A stretch of 52,385 bases of DNA, taken from the NCBI GenBank assembly GCA_031364845.1, contig JANLWX010000115.1:1-52385 (forward strand), read 5' to 3'. The first letter of the stretch is position 1; each line of letters opens with the position of its first letter. Of this stretch, positions 1 to 7,587 are shown one piece after another. The position numbers and the translations under genes are program-made. This DNA is from Candidatus Eiseniibacteriota bacterium (GTDB taxonomy: Bacteria; Eisenbacteria; RBG-16-71-46). The notes beneath the pieces were generated by a model. It did no database searches, had not been told where the DNA came from, and worked only from the letters and a program-made list of their open reading frames with translations.

Positions 1-236
1 GGCGCGGCAGCCGGAGCACTACTGCTCGGAAGCCCTGCTTCCGCAGCCGTCTACGGATCCCTCGCAAACTTCGACAGAGCGGTGGCCGCGCAGCGACGCT
101 CCCGCGACAGAGGCAGCCAGGGATGGCTGCCGACAGAGTCGGGGGAGCGGAGCGCGACAGGAGGTCGCGCGCAGCGGGCGGCGCGGAGCGATTGCTGCCC
201 GGCTCCGTCGCCAACCCGCGAACGCGCACCCTGAGT
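1..236. repeat. Structured palindromic intergenic element (REP/MITE-like or structured RNA), possibly cut by the window edge
   Basis: Hairpins GGCAGCC-agggat-GGCTGCC (112-131) and GCGCGAC-aggag-GTCGCGC (152-170). Enclosing pair CGCTCCC (97-103)/GGGAGCG (143-149). CGACAGAG at 72, 105 and 131, and CGACAGGAG at 155. No credible ORF. Confidence 0.5.
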
Positions 237-281
237 TACGAACGAAGACCTCCGAACGAAGACCTACGAACGAAGACCTAC
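237..281. repeat. 14-bp tandem repeat T(A/C)CGAACGAAGACC x3 plus a partial copy, overlapping the stop codon of the 911-aa gene
   Basis: Units at 237-250, 251-264 and 265-278, then TAC. The gene's TAG stop is 278-280 on the minus strand. Confidence 0.9.
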
Positions 282-3013
282 AACCGCACGATCCGCCGCA
301 AGAACTGCGTCCCCTCGACCCGGACCCGCGCCAGATAGACCCCCTTCGCCACACGTTCTCCACGCGAAGAAGTTCCATCCCAGTGCAGGCGAGCAGTCCC
401 CGCTCCGATTGAGCGCTCTTCGGACCATACCGCGCGCCCCTGGACGTCGAACACCGACCATTGCACTGTCGCCGCGCGCGGAAGATCGAGCGCGAAGTCG
501 ATCGGACCCGCCGCGGGATTCGGCGAGCCGTTAGAAAGCGCGAGCACCGTCGGCAGCGCAACTTCGGCCGCTTCGCTCTCCAGACTACCGCCCTTGCCGC
601 CACCTCCACGAGTACCGGCCTTCACGTGGAAGTTGGTGTTGGACGTTCCTTCGAGCGCGTTCGTCGCCGTGAACTTCGCCTTGAAGTTGCCGTCGACGGT
701 CGGACCGATCAGCCACGTGAAGACCCCGGCGATGTTGGTCGGGACGACGACGAACTTCGCGAGACTGTTGGAAGGCATGCGGCTGAGATCGGCCGTCAAC
801 GAGTGGATTGCGTCACCATCCGGGTCCACCGCGCGCACGGTGAACACGATCAGCGATCCCGGGCCGACGTGGTAGTTGGAGGGCGACGAAACCACCGGGG
901 CGCGATCGACGTTGAGAACACGAATTGCCGTGGTCGCCGTGCCCGAGAGCGCATTCGAAGCGCGGAACGTCACCGAGTAGCGTCCCGAGTCCGAGTACGT
1001 GGGTGTCCACGTCAGCGTGCCGCCGGTACGCGTGCCGTTCGCGACGAATCTCGCGTTGCTTCCCGCGGGCAGGCGGGTGAGATCGGCCGTGAGCGACTGG
1101 ATCGCATCGCCGTCGGGATCCGATGCGGTGACGTTCACCGTCAAGGTCTGCGCCTCGGAGATGCTCACGAGCGGCGGCGCGACGACGATCGGCGCCCGGT
1201 CACCCGACGGAGCGCTCACGACCACGCGCGCGGTCGTTGAGTTCGTGAGTCCTCCGTTGTCCTTCACCGTCACGCGCGCCGTCCACGTGCCGGCGGCGTA
1301 CATGTGCGGCGCGGTCGCTCCGATCTGCGGCCCGACCGTCGTGCCGTCCCCGAAGTCGAACGTGTAGGACACAATGTTCCCATCCGGATCGCGCGAGGTG
1401 GACGCGTTCGCCGTGACGCTCAAGGGTGCGCTACCCGTCGCCGGCTGAACGACCAGTGCTGCGATCGGCGGCAGGTTGCCGATCACCGGGGCCGAGAATT
1501 CGTAAGCTCCGAGATCCGCGAACGTCACAGGGCCCGCGCCCTGATTCGCGACCGTCGGCACATCGAAGCGCGCGTGCCCGTCGGCATCGAGCGCCGGCCA
1601 GTTCGGCAGCGCCGATGTCGCGGCATCGATCGCGGGCGACGTCGCGAGCAGATGGAAGTCGCCGCCCGCCGCGTTCACGAATTGCGGATTCGCCTGGCGG
1701 CTATGTGAGTCTTTGCCGGTCGCCGCGGCGTAGGCCGCAACGGTCGCATACGGCACGTTGCCGATCCGCACCGGAGCCGTCAGCGTCGAATTCCAGAACA
1801 GGTTGTAGTCCGATTCGAACGCGACCGCCGACGTCGCGTCGACGAAGAAGTCCGCGCGGTTGGTGGTGATGCCGTTGTCGACCGAGATGCAGTTGTAGAC
1901 CCGCGCGTTCTGCGAGGCGCCCTCGAACGAGAATCCATCGCGCAGGTTGCCGGACGAAACGTTGTGGATGTGCCACACGCCGGTCGAGTTGAGGTGATCG
2001 AAACCGTGATCGCCGTTGTTCCACGAGCGGTTCTCGATCAGGACGACATCGTTCGAGCCGGCGTTCACCTGGAAGCCGGCATCCTCGTTCTCGTGCGAGC
2101 GGTTGCGCTCGAGCCGGTTGCCCGGCGAGGCGAAGACGTGGAATCCGTTCGCGGCCCGGGCGGTGATACGCGCATTGCGATAGGAGTCGTTGTCGCGAAT
2201 CGTCGAGCCCGTCACGCCGCCCGTCACGTAGACGCCGTGATCGCCGTTTTCGAACAGCGTGTTGCCGGCGATGGTATAGGCGCTACCGCCCGACAGATGG
2301 ATACCCGAGAGCCGCGCGCGCCAGATCGTGTTGCCGCGGAACTCACAGTTCGTCGTCAGCCCCGAACTGAAGATGCCCTTGGTGTCACTGCGGCGGATTT
2401 CGAAGCCCGCGATCGTCACCCAGCTGCGCTGCGGCACTGAAAATCCATAGGCGTAGCGGCCGACCAGCGTTCCGTGCCCGCCAGGATTCCCGCCGCCGAC
2501 ATTCACATAGAGTCCGGTGCCCGCGACATACGTGAACGAGCCCGAAGGCATCGTCGCCGGCGCCACAATCGAAGGCTGCAGGCGCTGGCCGTCGGCAATC
2601 ACCTGCTGCGCCGCCCACGTCACGCCGGACGCGAGCCACACGTTGCCGGAGAACGGCACCCATTGCGCGGCGGTCGCGAACGACTCCGAACCCTCGATCA
2701 CAACACCCGGTCCCGACGCGCGGATCACGAACGGATTCCCGGCGATGCCGGACGCGGAAACCGACACCTGCTCGCGATACACACCCGGCAGCACTTCGAT
2801 GATGGTGCCCGGCCCGCCGCGCTGATTCACGGCGGCCGAGATGGTGCGATACGGCTGAGCGAGCGTGCCGGCGCCGGCATCGGTGGCGGCAGCGCTCTGG
2901 TTGTTGACGTAGAAGGTCGCGGCGTTTGCGGAGCCGGCGCAGAGGACCAGGGTGAGCAGCAAACTGATACGCGAAAGTGCAGCCCGGCGGGCGAATCGAA
3001 TGGAGGAGATCAC
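278..3013 (-). CDS. Secreted right-handed parallel beta-helix protein with choice-of-anchor-Q-like segment, PKD domain, two Ig-like domains and a C-terminal FlgD-Ig/T9SS-like domain (911 aa)
   Basis: Signal peptide ending ANA-AT. N-x-x-x-x-N beta-helix repeats, DFHLLATSPAIDAA...DLGAYEF, PKD YTFDFGDG, Ig DPDGD repeats, C-terminal PNP...WDG...GVYL.R...RRIVRL. Confidence 0.85.
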   Translation of the reverse strand: MISSIRFARRAALSRISLLLTLVLCAGSANAATFYVNNQSAAATDAGAGTLAQPYRTISAAVNQRGGPGTIIEVLPGVYREQVSVSASGIAGNPFVIRASGPGVVIEGSESFATAAQWVPFSGNVWLASGVTWAAQQVIADGQRLQPSIVAPATMPSGSFTYVAGTGLYVNVGGGNPGGHGTLVGRYAYGFSVPQRSWVTIAGFEIRRSDTKGIFSSGLTTNCEFRGNTIWRARLSGIHLSGGSAYTIAGNTLFENGDHGVYVTGGVTGSTIRDNDSYRNARITARAANGFHVFASPGNRLERNRSHENEDAGFQVNAGSNDVVLIENRSWNNGDHGFDHLNSTGVWHIHNVSSGNLRDGFSFEGASQNARVYNCISVDNGITTNRADFFVDATSAVAFESDYNLFWNSTLTAPVRIGNVPYATVAAYAAATGKDSHSRQANPQFVNAAGGDFHLLATSPAIDAATSALPNWPALDADGHARFDVPTVANQGAGPVTFADLGAYEFSAPVIGNLPPIAALVVQPATGSAPLSVTANASTSRDPDGNIVSYTFDFGDGTTVGPQIGATAPHMYAAGTWTARVTVKDNGGLTNSTTARVVVSAPSGDRAPIVVAPPLVSISEAQTLTVNVTASDPDGDAIQSLTADLTRLPAGSNARFVANGTRTGGTLTWTPTYSDSGRYSVTFRASNALSGTATTAIRVLNVDRAPVVSSPSNYHVGPGSLIVFTVRAVDPDGDAIHSLTADLSRMPSNSLAKFVVVPTNIAGVFTWLIGPTVDGNFKAKFTATNALEGTSNTNFHVKAGTRGGGGKGGSLESEAAEVALPTVLALSNGSPNPAAGPIDFALDLPRAATVQWSVFDVQGRAVWSEERSIGAGTARLHWDGTSSRGERVAKGVYLARVRVEGTQFLRRIVRL

Positions 3014-3122
3014 AGGGTTCCCAAGGGGTTGGGCCGATGGGTGCAGCGGCCTCAGCAGGAAGAAGAAGTGAGTCGTTTCGAAAAAGTATCAAGGGGGAAT
3101 ACGGAACGAAAGCCCCTCACTT

Positions 3123-3138
3123 AGCAGGGTTCGCGCCA
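3123..3138 (-). promoter_or_regulatory. Putative sigma54 (-24/-12) promoter for the 911-aa gene
   Basis: Minus strand TGGCGCGAACCCTGCT has exact GG-N10-GC spacing. A related motif sits at nearly the same distance upstream of the paralog. Confidence 0.55.
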
Positions 3139-3240
3139 CTCTGCTCTGCGCGCATTTGCCTGAAAGGGCGCGCAGAACATGTTCGAGCCACGCCGATCCG
3201 GGCACGAATCGCGAATCGGGTTGTATTCGCTACACGCATC

Positions 3241-3280
3241 AAAGCGAAAGCGGGGCCGCGGCGATGTCGCCGGGCCCCGC
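3241..3280 (-). terminator. Probable intrinsic terminator after the 3306-5786 gene
   Basis: GC stem GCGGGGCC-CGGCG...CGCCG-C-GGCCCCGC followed on the minus strand by TTTCGCTTT, about 25 nt after the stop. Confidence 0.6.
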
Positions 3281-3305
3281 CTGTCGCATGGGTGAGTCGC
3301 GCCGG

Positions 3306-5786
3306 CTAGAGCCGCACGATGCGCCGCGTGAATTGCGTCCCGTCCACCCGCACGCGCACCAGATACACGCCCTTCGCGACCTGCTCCCCGCGCGCCGTGG
3401 TGCCGGCCCAGTGAAGCGATGCATGCCCGGCCGAAATCACGCGCTCCTCGGACCACACCGTGCGGCCCTGGACGTCGAAGATCTGCCAGTTCACCTTCGC
3501 CGCTTTCGGCAGCGCGAGTGCGAAGTCGACGGCACCGGCAGCCGGATTCGGCCAGCCGTTCGAGAGTGAGAGTGTCGCCGGAAGTGCCGCGACTACGGCG
3601 GGCTTGCTGTTCACCCGGTTCACCAGCAGGTCGTCATCGCCGTCATCGTCGTCGCGGTCCTTGTTCTTCTTCACCTTGACGTTCGTGGTCGAAGTGCCCT
3701 TCCTGTCGTTCGAAGCGGTGAACTTGATCTTGAAGTCGCCTCGCACGTCGCGATCCACGTTCCACGTGAAGACACCCGACGTCTTCGAAGCGTTCACGAC
3801 AAAGGTTGCGCCGTGGTGGCGCGGCAGCTTGTCCAGATCGGCGGTGAACGACTGGATCGGGTCGCCATCGGGATCCTTGGCCGTGACGGTGAACTTCACC
3901 GTGGACCCTGCCCTGGCGTGAATGTTCTTCGGCGACGAAACTTCCGGCGCTTTGTTCCCGCCGCCCGACTGGCGGCTCACGGCCACCTGAGCGGTCGCCG
4001 AGCTGCTGAGGCCACCGTTGTCCGTCACCGTCACCTTGGCGGTCCAGTTTCCGGCGCCGTAGGAGTGGGACGCCGTGGATTCGGACTGAGGACCGACCAC
4101 CGCTCCATCACCGAAATCGAACGTGTAGGAAACGATCTTGCCGTCGGGATCATTGGAATCGGTCGCCTTCGCGACAACACTCAGAGGAGCCTTCCCCGAA
4201 GCAGGCGTCACCTCGAGCCGCGCGATCGGCGGCCGATTGCCACCGATGATGCTGCCGAACTCGAATGCTCCGAGATCCGCGAACGTCACCGGACCCGCGC
4301 CCTGGTTCGCGACCGCCGCAACATCGAAGCGCGCATGTCCCTCGGCATCGAGCGCCGGCCAGTTCGGCACACCCGAGGTCGCGACATCGATCGCGGGTGA
4401 GGTGGGCAGCAGATGGAAGTCCCCGCCGCCCGCGTTCACAAACTGCGGGTTCGACTGGCGGCTGTGCGTGTCCTTCCCCGTCGCTGCCGAGTACGCCGCC
4501 ACGGTCGCATACGGGATTCCGGCGATCTTCACCGGAGCCTGTGCGGTGGAGTTCCAGAACAGGTTGTAGTCGGACTCGAACGCCCCCGCCGCCACCGGAT
4601 CGACCAGTAGGTCGGAGCTGTTCGACGTGATGCCGTTGTCGACCGAGATGCAGTTGTAGACGCGCGCGTTCTGCGATGCGCCTTCGAACGAGAAGCCGTC
4701 CTTGAAGTTTCCGAACGACACGTCGTGCAGGTGCGTGACGCCGGTCGAGTTCAGATGGTCGAACCCGTGGTCGCCGTTGTTCCACGATCGATTGTGGATC
4801 GAGATCACGTCGTTCGAACCGGAGTTGATCTGGAAACCGGTGTCTTCGTTCCCGTGCGCGCGGTTGCGTTCGAGCCTGAGTCCGGGCGAGCCGAAGATGT
4901 GGAATCCGTTCGCGGCGCGCGCCGTGATGCGCGCGTTGCCGTACGAGTCGTTGTCGCGAATTCTCGTGCCGGTCACGCCGCCGGTGACGTAGACGCCGTG
5001 ATCGCCGTTTTCGAACAGCGTGTTGCCATCGACGGTGTAGTCGCTGCCGCCCGACAGATGAATGCCGGACAGCCGCGCGCGCCAGATGGTGTTGCCGCGG
5101 AACACGCAGTTGGTCGTGATGCCCGAGGCGAAGATGCCCTTCGTGTCGCTGCGGCGGATCTCGAAGCCTTCGATCGTGACCCAATTGCGCTGCGGCACCG
5201 AGAAGCCGTAGTTATAGCGTCCGACCTGTGTCGCGTGCGCGCCGGGATTGTCCCCGCCGATGTTCACGTACAGGCCGGTGCCCGCGACGTACGTGAACGA
5301 ACCCGCGGGAATCGCTGCGGGCGCATCGATCGACGGCAGCAGCCGCACGCCGTCGGCGATCACCTGCTGCGTTGCCCACGTGACGCCGGAAGCGAGCCAC
5401 ACGTTGCCCGAGAACGGCGTCCACTGCGCGGCGGTCGCGAACGATTCCGATCCTTCGATCACCACGCCCGGTCCCGACGCGCGGATCACGAACGGGTTGC
5501 CCGCGACTCCCGAGGCGGACACCGAAACCTGCTCGCGATACACACCCGGCAGCACTTCGACGATGGTGCCGGGGCCGCCGCGCTGGTTCACGGCTGCGGT
5601 GATCGTGCGGTACGGCTGGGCGAGCGTGCCGGCGCCGGCATCGGTCGCCGCGGCACTCTGATTGTTGACGTAGAACGTCGCCGCGTTCGCGGTGCCCGCG
5701 AGGGCGGCGACCAGAGTGAGCAGCAGTCCGGTGCGGCGCACGAGTCGAGGAAGGGGCTGGCGGCCGAATCGCGTTGAGGAGTTCAT
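3306..5786 (-). CDS. Paralogous secreted beta-helix/PKD/Ig protein with FlgD-Ig/T9SS-like C-terminal domain (about 826 aa)
   Basis: Start reassigned to ATG 5786 (MNSSTRF..., preceded by GGGGGAC). Same architecture as 278-3013 with one fewer Ig domain, and long near-identical stretches. Confidence 0.85.
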   Translation of the reverse strand: MNSSTRFGRQPLPRLVRRTGLLLTLVAALAGTANAATFYVNNQSAAATDAGAGTLAQPYRTITAAVNQRGGPGTIVEVLPGVYREQVSVSASGVAGNPFVIRASGPGVVIEGSESFATAAQWTPFSGNVWLASGVTWATQQVIADGVRLLPSIDAPAAIPAGSFTYVAGTGLYVNIGGDNPGAHATQVGRYNYGFSVPQRNWVTIEGFEIRRSDTKGIFASGITTNCVFRGNTIWRARLSGIHLSGGSDYTVDGNTLFENGDHGVYVTGGVTGTRIRDNDSYGNARITARAANGFHIFGSPGLRLERNRAHGNEDTGFQINSGSNDVISIHNRSWNNGDHGFDHLNSTGVTHLHDVSFGNFKDGFSFEGASQNARVYNCISVDNGITSNSSDLLVDPVAAGAFESDYNLFWNSTAQAPVKIAGIPYATVAAYSAATGKDTHSRQSNPQFVNAGGGDFHLLPTSPAIDVATSGVPNWPALDAEGHARFDVAAVANQGAGPVTFADLGAFEFGSIIGGNRPPIARLEVTPASGKAPLSVVAKATDSNDPDGKIVSYTFDFGDGAVVGPQSESTASHSYGAGNWTAKVTVTDNGGLSSSATAQVAVSRQSGGGNKAPEVSSPKNIHARAGSTVKFTVTAKDPDGDPIQSFTADLDKLPRHHGATFVVNASKTSGVFTWNVDRDVRGDFKIKFTASNDRKGTSTTNVKVKKNKDRDDDDGDDDLLVNRVNSKPAVVAALPATLSLSNGWPNPAAGAVDFALALPKAAKVNWQIFDVQGRTVWSEERVISAGHASLHWAGTTARGEQVAKGVYLVRVRVDGTQFTRRIVRL

Positions 5787-5893
5787 GGGTGTCCCCCGAG
5801 TGGTGAGACCGACCCGAACTCCGAGCCGGCCCTGGCTGGGATGATGGGAATCGAATGGCTTCAGGCTCGCGAGGATCGTCTTGATCAGGGAAC

Positions 5894-5909
5894 CGAAGGA
5901 TTCGCGCCG
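5894..5909 (-). promoter_or_regulatory. Degenerate sigma54-like motif upstream of the 826-aa paralog
   Basis: Minus strand CGGCGCGAATCCTTCG (GG-N10-TC). Shares GGCGCGAAyCCT with 3123-3138. GG is 122 nt from the start versus 124 nt in the paralog. Confidence 0.35.
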
Positions 5910-5999
5910 CGCGCAACATACCGCGACCGCGGGTCCGGTTCCACGACTAGTTCGAGAATTCTCCATCGCGCCGGAGCGGCGCGGGCAACGCGGCTCTAA

Positions 6000-7535
6000 T
6001 CAGTATCCGCCGCGGCCGCTCAACACGACGCCGATCGTCTTCCAGATGATGGCGATGTCGAGAAACGCGTTCGCATTACGGTCGTAGAACAGATCGAACA
6101 GCACGACCTCGTCGAACGAAACGTCGTCGCGCCCGCAGATCTGCCACAGGCCCGTGATCCCGACCCAGCGGCGCAGGCGCACGGTCTGCCACGGCCAGTA
6201 TTGTTCAACCTCGCGCACCAGCGGGGGCCGCGTGCCGACCACGCTGATCTCGCCGCGCAGCACGTTCACGAACTGCGGCAACTCGTCGAGACGGTAGCGC
6301 CGCAGCCAGCGTCCGATCGGCGTGCAGCGCGGATCGTCGGCAACCTTGAACATCGGACCCTCGCGCATGTTCAGATGCTGGATTTCGCCGAGGCGCTGAT
6401 CCGCATCGGGAATCATCGTGCGGAACTTCACCAGATCGAACACCCGTCCGCCGCGCGCGACGCGACGCTGGTGATAGAACACCGAGCCCCCATCCTGCAC
6501 GCGGATCGCGATCGCGATTGCGAGCCACAGCGGCATGCTCGCGATCGTCGCGGCGATGCCAAAGAGGAAATCCATCGCGCGCTTGAGTCCGGTGAGGATC
6601 AGCCCGCCATGGTAGGGACTCATTTCCACGATCGGCACTCCGTGGATGCTCTCGAAATGCATCGGCAGCCGTTCCGAAAGGATCAGGAACGACGGATGCA
6701 GCACGCGCACGCGCACGTGGAGCCGATCGAGATGGACGATGAGCGGAACGATCCGCGCGAGCGGCGCTTCCGGGAGTGCGACGATCACCTCGTCCACTTC
6801 GAGCCGCTGCGCCTTATGCGCCAGGCGCGCGAGTTCCTGCTCGGGGGTCGGCCGCGATGTCGCGCCGGTCGCACTCCCGTCGGCCGGCCGGCGGCGGCCG
6901 TACCGGAACACGCCCACGCACTGCATGCCGTTCAAGGGCCGGTTGCGCATGTGATCGCGCACGCGCACGGCACTCGATCCCACGCCCACCACCAGCACGC
7001 GCCGCACGTCGTGGCCGCGCTGGCGCAGTCTGGTGCGGATCACTCGCATGATCTGGCGCGTAACCAGCAATCCCGCGCTCAGCATGAACGCATTGCCGAC
7101 CACGAGCCGCCGGCTGATGTGGATCACTTCGACTACGTGCAGCAGGATCGAGAACACGAGCGCCGTCGCCACCGCGAGGCCCGCGGCAATCGCGATGTTG
7201 AGCCAGTCGCCGGGATCGCTGATGAAGCGCCGGTCACGATAGGCGCCGATCCACTGCATGTAGAGCAGCACGAACGGCGACAGGAACAGCGGAACGAGCG
7301 GGCTCGACACCCACGGCACCACGAGATGGATGCCGAAGGGGCCCGAGATCAACCCGTAGGTCAGGTAGTAGCACGCGAACACCGCGACGAAGTCGAGCGT
7401 CAGATGCAGCGCGCGCAGCGCGGTGCTGGCCGCCCACACCTGGGGATGCGCGCGCAGCTTCCACTCCCCGCGCACCTGCGCTTCGGCGAGATAGGGCTCG
7501 GCGGGCAATTCCATCCGCACGGGATTGCGATCCAC
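6000..7535 (-). CDS. Polyprenyl glycosylphosphotransferase (priming sugar transferase, WcaJ/WbaP/CpsE type)
   Basis: N-terminal TM helices, a Rossmann-like RRVLVVGVG segment, and a C-terminal Bac_transf domain KR.MD...KFRTM...DDPR...LDELPQFVNVLRGE.SVVG.RP...GITGLWQ. Start could instead be ATG 7514. Confidence 0.9.
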   Translation of the reverse strand: MDRNPVRMELPAEPYLAEAQVRGEWKLRAHPQVWAASTALRALHLTLDFVAVFACYYLTYGLISGPFGIHLVVPWVSSPLVPLFLSPFVLLYMQWIGAYRDRRFISDPGDWLNIAIAAGLAVATALVFSILLHVVEVIHISRRLVVGNAFMLSAGLLVTRQIMRVIRTRLRQRGHDVRRVLVVGVGSSAVRVRDHMRNRPLNGMQCVGVFRYGRRRPADGSATGATSRPTPEQELARLAHKAQRLEVDEVIVALPEAPLARIVPLIVHLDRLHVRVRVLHPSFLILSERLPMHFESIHGVPIVEMSPYHGGLILTGLKRAMDFLFGIAATIASMPLWLAIAIAIRVQDGGSVFYHQRRVARGGRVFDLVKFRTMIPDADQRLGEIQHLNMREGPMFKVADDPRCTPIGRWLRRYRLDELPQFVNVLRGEISVVGTRPPLVREVEQYWPWQTVRLRRWVGITGLWQICGRDDVSFDEVVLFDLFYDRNANAFLDIAIIWKTIGVVLSGRGGY

Positions 7536-7587
7536 GTTCAGCGTCCCGCCCCGGCCACGTCGATCGCGATGCCGGGGAACACGGGAC

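Noticed and set aside
237..281. CRISPR array
   Set aside because: The 14-bp units are contiguous with no spacers, and there are no cas genes.
19..609. 196-aa minus-strand ORF and small ORFs at the left edge
   Set aside because: Out-of-frame overlap with the 911-aa gene and Arg/Ser-rich low-information translation; no family motifs.
3140..3180. c-di-GMP-I riboswitch suggested by GGCAAA on the minus strand
   Set aside because: No GNRA-capped P2 or following GACGCAAA-like segment, and it lies upstream of the predicted promoter.
278..5786. Diversity-generating retroelement template/variable repeat pair
   Set aside because: Both copies are full genes, differences look mostly synonymous and not adenine-specific, and there is no reverse transcriptase in the window.
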